Source of the DNA: Oligoflexales bacterium
GTDB lineage: Bacteria; Myxococcota_A; UBA9042; DTJE01
Reading direction: 5' to 3'
Length of the DNA: 64,000 nt
NCBI GenBank assembly: GCA_012840965.1
Contig: DUVQ01000121.1
Coordinates: 14,907 to 78,906, forward strand
In this document: positions 1 to 9,150 of the stretch, in pieces
Position numbering within the stretch: position 1 is the stretch's first letter
How the letters are laid out: each line of letters opens with the position of its first letter
Made by a program: the position numbers and the translations under genes
The notes under the pieces: model-generated
Told to the model about the DNA's origin: nothing
Database searches by the model: none
Seen by the model: the letters and a program-made list of their open reading frames with translations, nothing else

Positions 1-85
1 ACACGCGAGTTTATCTTTTAGCAAGATTGCGTCTGTCAAACAGTCCGTAATCACGAGGTTTATGCATTCAACTAATCAAGGTTGA

Positions 86-113
86 TTGACTTCTTTTTCG
101 GCTCGCTGATAAT
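86..113 (+). promoter_or_regulatory. Candidate sigma70 promoter for nuoB-BMC-T
   Basis: TTGACT-N16-GATAAT about 40 bp upstream of the ATG at 156; palindrome AATCAA-gg-TTGATT (74-87) abuts the -35. Confidence 0.4.
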
Positions 114-155
114 CAATCGGACGAAAGCGGGGGCCGTTTAACGGAGAAGGGACCG

Positions 156-635
156 ATGAACCAAGAGCAAGACACACTACAAGAAGGATTCTTTACGACA
201 AGTGTGCGAGCGGCCTTAAACTGGGGGCGCAAGTACTCCTTGTTTCAATATCCTTTTGTTACTGCCTGCTGTGGCATGGAATACATGTCTGTCAGTTGTG
301 CTCACCACGATGTGGCTCGTTTTGGTGCTGAAGTCCCAAGGTTTACCCCAAGGCAAAGTGATTTGCTGTGGGTTGTTGGCACCATTACCCACAAAAACGC
401 TCCGGTTTTGAAGCGGATCTATGATCAAATGTGTGAGCCAAAGTGGGTTATCGCATTTGGTGTGTGTGCTTCAAGTGGCGGATTTTATGACAATTATGCC
501 GCCGTGCCTGGGATCGATCACATAATCCCGGTTGATGTCTATCTCCCAGGCTGTCCCCCACGTCCAGAGCAGGTATTTGATGGACTGATGATGCTTCAAG
601 AGAAGATTCAGCGCGGTCCGATGATGTTGAAATAG
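156..635 (+). CDS. nuoB: NADH-quinone oxidoreductase subunit B-like (NuoB/PSST, 4Fe-4S), stand-alone
   Basis: TACCGME, FGAEVPRFTPRQSD, VIAFGVCASSGG and PVDVYLPGCPPRPE motifs; GGAG RBS. Confidence 0.9.
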   Translation: MNQEQDTLQEGFFTTSVRAALNWGRKYSLFQYPFVTACCGMEYMSVSCAHHDVARFGAEVPRFTPRQSDLLWVVGTITHKNAPVLKRIYDQMCEPKWVIAFGVCASSGGFYDNYAAVPGIDHIIPVDVYLPGCPPRPEQVFDGLMMLQEKIQRGPMMLK

Positions 636-648
636 CAGGAGGTAAGTC

Positions 649-1296
649 ATGTCTGAAGCGTTGGAACTTCGTGCTTACACCTTCATTGATAGCTTGCAAC
701 CCCAATTGGCCTCGTTTATTGCCACTGTTGCTCGCGGTTTTTTGCCACTTGAGGATCAAGCCGCCCTTTTTGTCGAGATATCACCGGGTTTACACATTAA
801 TGTCCTTACTGATTTGGTGGTAAAAAGGACGGCTGCCATTCCAGGGATGCAAATCGTCGAAAGAGCCTATGGGCTTCTTGAGGTTCACCACCAGGATCAG
901 GGCCAGATTCGAGAGGCTGGTAGAGTCATTTTTGAGAATCTGGGTTTAAAGGAAGAAGATCGACTAAAGCCACTTATCACATCAACTCAGATGATTACTG
1001 GCGTCGAGAACTACCACACCCATCTGATTAACACCATGCGCCACGGGCAGTTTTTGTTGAAGAACGAAACGCTGCTTGTGGTCGAGTGTCACCCTGCTGC
1101 TTATGCTGCCATTGCCGCTAATGAAGCTGAAAAGGTGGCCCCCATCAATCTCCTTGAGATGATTAGCTTTGGGGCCTTTGGGCGTCTTTACTTGGGTGGG
1201 CCTGAAGACAACATCCGTGAAGCGTCTGCCGCGATTGAAAAAACTTTGGCGGGCCTTGATGGGCGGCCAAATGCTGGTAAGTCCTTGGTGTACTAA
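649..1296 (+). CDS. Bacterial microcompartment shell protein, tandem-domain double-stacking BMC-T (CcmP/CsoS1D class)
   Basis: ELRAY..DSLQPQ, QIVERAYGLLEVH, PAAYAAIAANEAEK and FGAFGRLYLGG motifs, as recalled for Haliangium BMC-T2/T3; AGGAGG RBS. Confidence 0.9.
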   Translation: MSEALELRAYTFIDSLQPQLASFIATVARGFLPLEDQAALFVEISPGLHINVLTDLVVKRTAAIPGMQIVERAYGLLEVHHQDQGQIREAGRVIFENLGLKEEDRLKPLITSTQMITGVENYHTHLINTMRHGQFLLKNETLLVVECHPAAYAAIAANEAEKVAPINLLEMISFGAFGRLYLGGPEDNIREASAAIEKTLAGLDGRPNAGKSLVY

Positions 1297-1349
1297 ACCA
1301 ACATTTTTGTTACCTGGATTTCTTGGATACAATTGGCTATCAAAAGTCA

Positions 1350-1379
1350 TTGCACTACAATGCGTTAATTTCGTATAAT
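1350..1379 (+). promoter_or_regulatory. sigma70-type promoter
   Basis: TTGCAC-N18-TATAAT, 22 bp before the ATG at 1402 with GGAGG RBS. Confidence 0.55.
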
Positions 1380-1401
1380 CCCGCGAGCATCGGAGGTAGG
1401 T

Positions 1402-2973
1402 ATGCGAGAACTCAAGCTTGTGTTGATGGGGACTTTTCTGGCTGTGTTTGCCATGGGATGTGGGGGTTCAAAGACCACAGACCCAGACTTTAGTCCAGAC
1501 ACTCCGACAATGGATCTTAACTATGGCGAAGACACGCCTGATGATGACCAGGCTGAGCCAAGGGAGGATTTGGTTGCTGACGAAGCTGAGCCTGAGGTTG
1601 AAGACTCGGATGAGGCAGATACCTACGTCCCACCTGAACCTGGCACCTTCGGCTATCCATGCAAGGATGGTAATGACTGCCATTCAAACTTCTGTGTTGA
1701 CACCCCGACTGGAAGCGTTTGTACAACAACGTGTGTTGCCGATTGTCCACAGGATTGGGCTTGTAAGATGACTTCGGTTGCTGGTGACCCCATCTCAATC
1801 TGCATGCCAATATTTTTGACCCAATGCGATCCTTGCGTTGAGACGAGGGACTGCAACTCCGACATGGCTGGAGGTACGTCGCTGTGCCTGGACATGGGGA
1901 ATATTGGTAAGTTTTGCGCCGCAGATTGCTCAATCGATGGCTACTGTCCACAGGGATACTTCTGCAAGGATATAACGCTGCCAGGTGGCGCTATTGCAAA
2001 CCACTGTGTGCCAAAAGACGATGCAGAATGCGTGTGTTCAGTCCGAGCCATAAACTTGGGCGCGTCGACCGTTTGCCATGTGGAAAATGAGCACGGCAGA
2101 TGCCCTGGTGAGAGGCGATGTTCAATCCATGGATTGTCAGAATGTAACGCGAAAACACCTCGTCCAGAGGCTTGCAATGGTGTGGATGACAACTGTAATG
2201 GGCTGACCGATGAAGGACTTGAACGGTTCCCCTGCGAAAAGAAGAACGAGTTTGGTACTTGCGAGGGGTTTGGTTACTGTGCCAACGGCTCAATAGTTGA
2301 CTGTGACGCCCGAGAACCACAACCCGAGCTATGTAATGGAATCGACGATAACTGTAATGGTGAGACTGATGAGGATCTTTGCTACGACGGAAAGGATTGT
2401 ACAAGAGACACCTGTGTTCCTGGAGCAACCCCTGAAGAATATACATGTGTTTACACCCCAATTGCCGGTCCATGCGACGACCTGAATCCATGCACCATTG
2501 GGGACCGCTGTGACGACCAAGGGAACTGCATGCCTGGTAGTTTGAAGAATTGTGATGACTTAAACCCATGTACCGATGACTTTTGTGAGCCTGGTACTGG
2601 TAATTGTGTGCACACGTACAATTCAGCCCCATGTGAGGATGGCAATTTCTGTACACAAAACGATTACTGCCTAAATGGTGCTTGTAGATCTGGCACCATG
2701 AAGAGCTGCCTTGACGATAATCCATGCACAAAAAATGAGCGATGTAACCCTGCAACTGGCGAGTGCGACTGGGATCCTGCTGATGGAGTGTCCTGTGATG
2801 ATCAGGATCCGTGCACAGTAAATGACGTATGTTCCGGTGGAAAGTGTATTGGTCCCGATGACTTCTGTGAAGGTACTGTTTGTCAGCCTCAGGGGGACCA
2901 AGTTATTTGCACTTATTCTTGTGTTGTTGTTCCGTTCATAGGCAACGCAACATGCCCGTGCCTTTGTCTCTAG
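1402..2973 (+). CDS. Cys-rich repeat lipoprotein (MopE-like ExCNGxDDNCNG and CDDxNPCTxD repeats)
   Basis: Lipobox AMGC, Asp/Pro linker, repeats PEACNGVDDNCNGLTDE and CDDLNPCT. Confidence 0.8.
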   Translation: MRELKLVLMGTFLAVFAMGCGGSKTTDPDFSPDTPTMDLNYGEDTPDDDQAEPREDLVADEAEPEVEDSDEADTYVPPEPGTFGYPCKDGNDCHSNFCVDTPTGSVCTTTCVADCPQDWACKMTSVAGDPISICMPIFLTQCDPCVETRDCNSDMAGGTSLCLDMGNIGKFCAADCSIDGYCPQGYFCKDITLPGGAIANHCVPKDDAECVCSVRAINLGASTVCHVENEHGRCPGERRCSIHGLSECNAKTPRPEACNGVDDNCNGLTDEGLERFPCEKKNEFGTCEGFGYCANGSIVDCDAREPQPELCNGIDDNCNGETDEDLCYDGKDCTRDTCVPGATPEEYTCVYTPIAGPCDDLNPCTIGDRCDDQGNCMPGSLKNCDDLNPCTDDFCEPGTGNCVHTYNSAPCEDGNFCTQNDYCLNGACRSGTMKSCLDDNPCTKNERCNPATGECDWDPADGVSCDDQDPCTVNDVCSGGKCIGPDDFCEGTVCQPQGDQVICTYSCVVVPFIGNATCPCLCL

Positions 2974-3016
2974 GCCTTTTTCAGAAAATCCCCAGGGATC
3001 CTTTTTGCTGTGCTGT

Positions 3017-3042
3017 GGAATAAAATCCAGCCGAAGTGCGTT
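3017..3042 (+). promoter_or_regulatory. Autoregulatory ECF (SigR/SigH-type) promoter
   Basis: Exact GGAAT-N18-GTT, 21 bp upstream of the sigma ATG at 3064. Confidence 0.7.
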
Positions 3043-3063
3043 CTTGCAAGCACTGGAGGTCGT

Positions 3064-3666
3064 ATGGCCATTTGGAAAAGTCGCAAGTCAAATTCAGAAA
3101 GATTTAAAAGGGAGGCGCTGCCTCACCTTGATGCCGTTTATCGTTTCGCGCTGACCATGACCCATGATGGAGCTTTGGCCGACGATTTGGTTCAAGAAAC
3201 CTACATGAAGGCGTTGGCAGCTTTTGATTCGTTTCAAGAGGGCACCAATTGTAAGGCTTGGCTGTTTCGTATTTTGCGCAATACCTTCGTGAACCAGGTT
3301 CGTGACAGGCGTAAAGAGGTGGTTGTTGAGGAGATTCCTGAAGGTTTAGGGGCTTTATGGGCTGATTCTTCCTCGTTTTCTGACCCAGAATCCGCTGTGA
3401 TCCTGGCTTCAACGCGCCAGCAATTGCAAAACGCCTTGAATGCATTACCAATCGACTTTAGAACAGCGGTTTCCTTATCTGATATTGAGGGGCTGACGTA
3501 CCAAGAAATCGCTGATGTCATGGCTACCCCCATTGGAACTGTTATGTCCAGGCTGTATCGCGGCAGGCGGATGATGAAGGAGTATTTGTTGAGACAAGGT
3601 CAGCAAAGCAACTCACAAGGAAAAGTACTGTCATTAGTTGGTTCAAAAACTGGAAGGGGAGGTTGA
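3064..3666 (+). CDS. ECF RNA polymerase sigma factor (SigR/SigH-like)
   Basis: ADDLVQETY, FQEGTNCKAWLFRILRN and YQEIA..PIGTVMSRLYRGR; GGAGG before ATG 3064. Confidence 0.9.
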   Translation: MAIWKSRKSNSERFKREALPHLDAVYRFALTMTHDGALADDLVQETYMKALAAFDSFQEGTNCKAWLFRILRNTFVNQVRDRRKEVVVEEIPEGLGALWADSSSFSDPESAVILASTRQQLQNALNALPIDFRTAVSLSDIEGLTYQEIADVMATPIGTVMSRLYRGRRMMKEYLLRQGQQSNSQGKVLSLVGSKTGRGG

Positions 3667-3667
3667 T

Positions 3668-4384
3668 ATGGACTGTGAACACCTGCCCAAATATGTGGAT
3701 TTTTTCTTGGATGGTGAGTTGGCGGACGTGGAGCATGCCGCCATTGAGGCTCACTTGCAGCAGTGCGAATCTTGTCGCGAAGTGATTAGTCGCGAATCAC
3801 GCTTTAGAGCCGCATTACGCCAATCTTTGCGTACGGTTGTGGCACCTGGCAGCCTTAGGGACCAGATTGAGGCCAAGATCGACTCGGCTGGCAAGTCGAG
3901 ATACCTGCCGACGTTGGCGTATGCTGCTGGAATCGCACTTATAGCTGGCCTTGGTTATGCGGTGGTGGCAAACATCATTGCGAATCCAGGGTTTGAAGAG
4001 CAGGCAATAGCCTTTCACCAGCAAAACGAAAAGACCGAGATTGTGGGTAATAGATCTGAGGTTGATTCCTTTTTGAAGATCAGGGCTCCGTTTTCGTATC
4101 AGGTTCCGCTTGAGGATACTGGGGACATAAAGCTGGTTGGCGCACGGCTTGCCACGGTTGGTGGTAATCCTGCTGTGGTGTTCTTGTATGACGGTGGTGG
4201 ACGCAGATTTTCTGTGACTCAGTATAAGCCGCCCTCTGATTGGCAGCCTGGTCCCGCCAGGATTGGGCGCCAGGAAGGGTACACATACGCGACATATGGG
4301 GATGGTGCTTTGGTCCAAACGCTGGTGGGCGATATGCCTGAGGCTGAGCTGACCAAAATTGTTCCTGCTGCCTGGCAAAAGTAG
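3668..4384 (+). CDS. Zinc-finger (ZAS) transmembrane anti-sigma factor
   Basis: FLDGEL..HLQQCESC (HxxxCxxC), a TM helix and a C-terminal extracytoplasmic domain; directly follows the sigma gene. Confidence 0.85.
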   Translation: MDCEHLPKYVDFFLDGELADVEHAAIEAHLQQCESCREVISRESRFRAALRQSLRTVVAPGSLRDQIEAKIDSAGKSRYLPTLAYAAGIALIAGLGYAVVANIIANPGFEEQAIAFHQQNEKTEIVGNRSEVDSFLKIRAPFSYQVPLEDTGDIKLVGARLATVGGNPAVVFLYDGGGRRFSVTQYKPPSDWQPGPARIGRQEGYTYATYGDGALVQTLVGDMPEAELTKIVPAAWQK

Positions 4385-4403
4385 GGGCGTGGCTGGACGA
4401 GGA

Positions 4404-6092
4404 CTATTTAACAAGTAATGAATTTCCAATAAAACGCGTTTCGATGGGTTCGCTTGGATTAAGGCTTGAAAGTGCCAATTCCACTGCCTGAAGCGCATTT
4501 TGCATCCAATATTCCAGGTAAACGGCGTCGGCCTCGTCGGTAAGTCCCAGTTTTACAGGCTCTAACTCTTTTAATTTGGGGCGCAGTTGCTGTCCATCAA
4601 ACGCAGCCACCAATAGCCGTTTTACATCCTCGGAATCTAAGGGTTCAAGGGAGACGGCGCCATCAATAATATTTCTGGCCCAAGCAGTTGCCAGAATGTT
4701 TTCAAAGGTTGCTTTAACCAGTCCAGCTGTCGCTTGGTCCGTCCCAGGGGCATACCCTAGTTTATCCATGGCAAACCTGACCATGAAATCAGCCCGTGCT
4801 GTCAATTGCTTGGCCCAATCTGCATCCTGCGTCGTTTGAAAGTTTCGAACCTGGAAACCGCTACCAACGAATTGGCCAATCATTGGCAAAAAAGCTGCAA
4901 GTGCAGTAAGGCTGGCAGCAATCTCTTCACCAAACAGGCTGAGTTGCGAAGAGCCCAGGATTTTTCCAATGATGCTGCGAGCCTTTATGTGGGCAGGTCT
5001 AACTACCTGGACGCCAGCTTTAAAAAGCTCAGCTGGCCAAGCGACAATCAGGAGGTCTGCGGCTGTTTCCAGGTTATTTTGTGACAGTTCCTGAAGCCCC
5101 AAAGACATGAAGGACAGGGTGCGGTCTGAGGCATCCTTCCAAGCCTCAGAGTCCATCGGGTCTGTTTCAACTGCAGCAAAGACCCTGTTTACAAGCAAGG
5201 TCATTTCCTGGATGTATCCAGATATGTCAGCGCTTTCTTCGGCGATTGCAAGGGCCTTCCAAAAGAAAAGTTTCGAATCGCTTTTTAAAACTTGTAATCC
5301 AAGGGCCGTCCCTTCAGCTGTCCTGGCCGAGATTTTCCCAAGTTGCTTTTCAATTCGTTCAATCAGTGTTTGCTTTAGTTCGGCTAGGACTATCGGCTCG
5401 AAAAGCGAAAAACGGTCCAAACTACGTGGAAATCCAACGTCTTCAAGGCGGGCCTCTCGGAAATGTTCAGCTTGGTCTGCTATTGAAGCTATGGTGTCAC
5501 GACGGCCAGCTTGAATTAGCGAGTGAGCCTCTTCAACTCCGGATGCATAAAGCAATTCCATCAGTTGGCGCAGCGGTGCCACATCGTCCGGAGTGTTGCA
5601 CACTACCAAAAATACACCGTCAGGAGAGTTGAAAAAGACATCATCTGGAATTGAAACGTTTTCTGCCTCTTCCTGGGTGTATACCGTCGCTTTTGAAAAA
5701 ATTCGCAGCGCTATAGTTTCAGGACCAAGCTCGTTTACAAACTGGACAGCAAAATCCCAAGACTCCGCTAGGGCCAGTCCCATGACTTGGTCGAATTTTG
5801 CAGGCTCCAAAGCCGCGTCTCTCCAGATGGCCAGATCCACGAAAGTTTGGCGTTGCTCTTTTGTTGCAAAAGGTAAAAGTTCAAAAGCGTCCTCAATGCC
5901 GATGTCTCTAACTAAATGAAATACTTCGTCGTTTCGTAACGCCTTGAAAACAGCTGGTAAATCTTCTGTTTCAGTTAAAATTCTAAGCTTGTCGGTACCT
6001 GATAATCCGGCGAAATTTTTGGGTAGACTTACCGATTGTTGTGAGGCGCCTTGTGTGGCTAACATCTTGGTTTTATGTGGCTTTGGTTCCAT
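4404..6092 (-). CDS. Conserved hypothetical protein, DUF6178-like
   Basis: 562-aa ORF; N-terminal LVRDIGIEDA..FVDLAIW and ARLEDVGF resemble the deltaproteobacterial DUF6178 family. Confidence 0.55.
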   Translation of the reverse strand: MEPKPHKTKMLATQGASQQSVSLPKNFAGLSGTDKLRILTETEDLPAVFKALRNDEVFHLVRDIGIEDAFELLPFATKEQRQTFVDLAIWRDAALEPAKFDQVMGLALAESWDFAVQFVNELGPETIALRIFSKATVYTQEEAENVSIPDDVFFNSPDGVFLVVCNTPDDVAPLRQLMELLYASGVEEAHSLIQAGRRDTIASIADQAEHFREARLEDVGFPRSLDRFSLFEPIVLAELKQTLIERIEKQLGKISARTAEGTALGLQVLKSDSKLFFWKALAIAEESADISGYIQEMTLLVNRVFAAVETDPMDSEAWKDASDRTLSFMSLGLQELSQNNLETAADLLIVAWPAELFKAGVQVVRPAHIKARSIIGKILGSSQLSLFGEEIAASLTALAAFLPMIGQFVGSGFQVRNFQTTQDADWAKQLTARADFMVRFAMDKLGYAPGTDQATAGLVKATFENILATAWARNIIDGAVSLEPLDSEDVKRLLVAAFDGQQLRPKLKELEPVKLGLTDEADAVYLEYWMQNALQAVELALSSLNPSEPIETRFIGNSLLVK

Positions 6093-6234
6093 TTGTAATC
6101 CTTAAAAAGCAATCTTTGCTGGCTTTACCCAGCTTTTGTTGTTAAACAGACGCCAGCTTGCAAAAGCGCCGTTAGACAAGTAGTCTACCGCAGTTTTGGT
6201 TTGATACTTTGTTCAAGTTCGTAATCAAATACTA

Positions 6235-9138
6235 ATGGGGCTAAAAATGGCTTTATTAAAACAGTGGGGTGGGGTGGCCACGCTAGTTGTTGCTTCCATC
6301 ATTCTTATTGCTGGTGTTTGGGCGCCAGGTCTTTGGGAACCTTGGGAGATGGACCAATCCCAAGTCAGCCGACTTATGGCTGAGCCGCCTTTGGTTTTGG
6401 TGGCTGAGCCAGGTAATGGTGAAATAAAGGGCAAATTGGAAGCCGGGCTTGCAGATCGAGCGAAGATTGAAGCTTTGTCCGGGGGTTACGATGCGATAAG
6501 GACGGCTACCAGCGACAGGATTTTCGAAGCTGTTGTCATCGATATTGATGGGAGCATCAGCAGTAATGACGATGTCGAGGGCGTCAAGGCGTTGGCAAGC
6601 TTCCTTGCGTCTTCGGCTGTAAAAAACCGTTCGACTAAATTTATCATCTACTCTGGTGGCATGCTTGATTTGCAGGCTATTCACAGCGCAATAAAGGCCC
6701 AGTGGGCGCAGCAAGAAACGACCGATGAGCCACATGTAGCCAAGATGAATGGCTTGGCAGCCTCTTTGACTGAATTTGCCACTCCCGATGAGTTGGTTCC
6801 CAGCGTAAAGTCAGCGTTGGCTGGTCACTCGTGTATTGCCCAGTTTAAAGAGGGTGGATACACCGTATTTTTGGCGCCTTTGCACCCGTGGCTTGTATCT
6901 AAATCATTCAAGATTTTTGGGTTTAACGAGTTTGGCGCTCGTTTTCCATCAGCGCTGATGGGAATTCTTACCCTGATCGTCATCTTTTTCGGGGTTAGAC
7001 GTGCGTTTGATGAAAAAACAGCCATTTTATCGGTCATTATTCTTGCCTCAAGCAGCCTCTTTTTGATTGGTTCTCGTTTTGTACAACCAGGTGCATCGAT
7101 TCAATTTGCCTTGGTGCTAGCTGCCACTGCGTTTGGCGTGGCAGTAACAGGAGCTTTTCGAGTTTGGCCTCTGGTTGTGCTGGGACTGGCCACGATTTTG
7201 CTTTACTTTGCCGGTGGCATGACCGGTCTTGTCATCATCGTCAGTTTGGTGCTTGCTTATCCTCTGGTGGTTGGAAAGTTGTCGCGCCAGACCTTGATTG
7301 CGGCCGCGGTGGTAGTCGGCTTGCTGCTTGTTGGCACTATCCTGACTTTTGTACCTGATGCAGCCTACTTCCTCCAGTTTAGATTTACCAAGGCCCTGTT
7401 CAGCGACGGGATGCAGCCTGTGTATCACAACTACGCTTTTGCCATCAAGCAGATCGGTTTTGGGCTGTTTCCATGGTCTGCCTTTTTGCCCTTAGTATTG
7501 GCATATGCCGTTTCCTTCAAGGAGCCCAAGTCTACCAAAGTCCTTGTTCTTATAGGTGTTTTGGCGCCACTTGGCATGCTGATGATCTCCATTTTTGCCT
7601 TTGATCAGACTTTTTATTATGGAACTCCGTTTTTAGCTGTTCTGATCGCTCTTTATCTGCGTGATCGCGAGGATGATGCACTGGAATCGCGGTTGCTTGC
7701 CCTCTTTGGATTTGGACTGTTTTTGTTACTGGCCAGAAATCTTCTGAAATCACCAGACCCAATAATTTCATTTTTAACCACCGACCCAATGTTTGTCGCC
7801 CCCGGCAAGGGAGACCCCGCATTTCCTGAAAGCGTGTCATTACCTAGCTTGGCTAAGCTTGCTTTGGTGGTTATAGCAGGCCTACTTTTTGCGACCAGTA
7901 CCAAAGCCTTTTCGCTTTTGACCAAGTTGCCAGCCTTTTTGGCGAGGGGGCGCAACTTCTTGATCGTAATGCTGGTGATGGTCGGGGTTATTCTTATCGA
8001 TATCCTCGTTTTTGTAGCGTTGAAATGGGGGCTTTTGGTGAATGGACCTTATCGTGGCAAGGTCCTTTTAAGCATCTTGCTGACCGGTCCTGACATTGTG
8101 TTGCTGTATCTGGTGTGTCTGCTCCTGATTGCAGCTCGTTATGCCGAATCCATTGGAAAGTATGTCAAAAGCGATCTACCAAGGCGCTTTTGGGACGCTT
8201 TGTTGAAGCTGGAAAAGGCGTCTGTCTCTACAGTTGGCATTGCTATCGCAGCCATAGTGTTCGGGTTGACGGTGGCATTTCAGTTGGTTCCAGAACTGTC
8301 TTTGCATTTGTCCCAAAAGCATATAATTGAGGCTTACAAAGTGTCGAATGCCAAGTCGCCTGGAGAGCTTTTCAGGCATCAGCTTGGGCAAAGCAAATCG
8401 AATGTCTATGTTACTGATATCCCAGAGGTAACAGCACGAAATCAAGTCATTTCCAGATTGAAAGACAAATCCAAACGCTCGTTTTTCATCCTGCCAAAAA
8501 ATCAGTTTAGCGAAGTTAATCATGCAATTCGGGCGGCGGGAGGCTCTTTGGCAGTTCTGGATGATTCATCGTCGAGACTTGTTTTAGTCTCCAATACCTT
8601 GGCTGCTGGGGAAGTGGATTATAACTGGCTTGCTGACGCTACTTTGACTGAAGAAGAATTCGCCAAAATTCCCGGGATGCAGACAACATCTGTTGTCTTC
8701 GATGACAAGATCGAGTTAGTCGGTGTCAAGCTTGGAGCGCCAACCGCGAAACGTGGTAGGGAGACTGATATTAAGCTGTATTTCAAGGCTCTTGATAAGA
8801 TTCCGACCTCCTATAGGATGTTTATGCACGTCGACAGAGTTGGGTCGTCATCCCGAATTCATGGTGACCATTGGGTTTTGAACTTGGTAAAGGAAACTGA
8901 AGACCAAAATCAGTGCGTTGGATGTTACGCAACGACCCATTGGCTCAAGGGCGACATTGTGGTTGACACATACAACATCAAGGTCCCTATTGGTGCTCTT
9001 TCGGGGTTGTACAACGTTTGGATTGGCTTTTATCAACCTAGCGGCGGCAGACGCTTAACAGTGACTTCCTTTGACAAAGAAAAGGTCAGGCATGATGGCA
9101 ATAACCGGGTCAGCGTAAGCCCTGTAACCGTGGAATAG
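6235..9138 (+). CDS. Integral-membrane GT-C glycosyltransferase (ArnT/PMT, GT39/83-like) with extra soluble domains
   Basis: GLWEPWE, FGFNEFGARFPSAL, many TM segments, and a C-terminal beta domain (MFMHVD..TTHWLKGDIVVD). Confidence 0.75.
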   Translation: MGLKMALLKQWGGVATLVVASIILIAGVWAPGLWEPWEMDQSQVSRLMAEPPLVLVAEPGNGEIKGKLEAGLADRAKIEALSGGYDAIRTATSDRIFEAVVIDIDGSISSNDDVEGVKALASFLASSAVKNRSTKFIIYSGGMLDLQAIHSAIKAQWAQQETTDEPHVAKMNGLAASLTEFATPDELVPSVKSALAGHSCIAQFKEGGYTVFLAPLHPWLVSKSFKIFGFNEFGARFPSALMGILTLIVIFFGVRRAFDEKTAILSVIILASSSLFLIGSRFVQPGASIQFALVLAATAFGVAVTGAFRVWPLVVLGLATILLYFAGGMTGLVIIVSLVLAYPLVVGKLSRQTLIAAAVVVGLLLVGTILTFVPDAAYFLQFRFTKALFSDGMQPVYHNYAFAIKQIGFGLFPWSAFLPLVLAYAVSFKEPKSTKVLVLIGVLAPLGMLMISIFAFDQTFYYGTPFLAVLIALYLRDREDDALESRLLALFGFGLFLLLARNLLKSPDPIISFLTTDPMFVAPGKGDPAFPESVSLPSLAKLALVVIAGLLFATSTKAFSLLTKLPAFLARGRNFLIVMLVMVGVILIDILVFVALKWGLLVNGPYRGKVLLSILLTGPDIVLLYLVCLLLIAARYAESIGKYVKSDLPRRFWDALLKLEKASVSTVGIAIAAIVFGLTVAFQLVPELSLHLSQKHIIEAYKVSNAKSPGELFRHQLGQSKSNVYVTDIPEVTARNQVISRLKDKSKRSFFILPKNQFSEVNHAIRAAGGSLAVLDDSSSRLVLVSNTLAAGEVDYNWLADATLTEEEFAKIPGMQTTSVVFDDKIELVGVKLGAPTAKRGRETDIKLYFKALDKIPTSYRMFMHVDRVGSSSRIHGDHWVLNLVKETEDQNQCVGCYATTHWLKGDIVVDTYNIKVPIGALSGLYNVWIGFYQPSGGRRLTVTSFDKEKVRHDGNNRVSVSPVTVE

Positions 9139-9150
9139 TTTGGGGGAATC

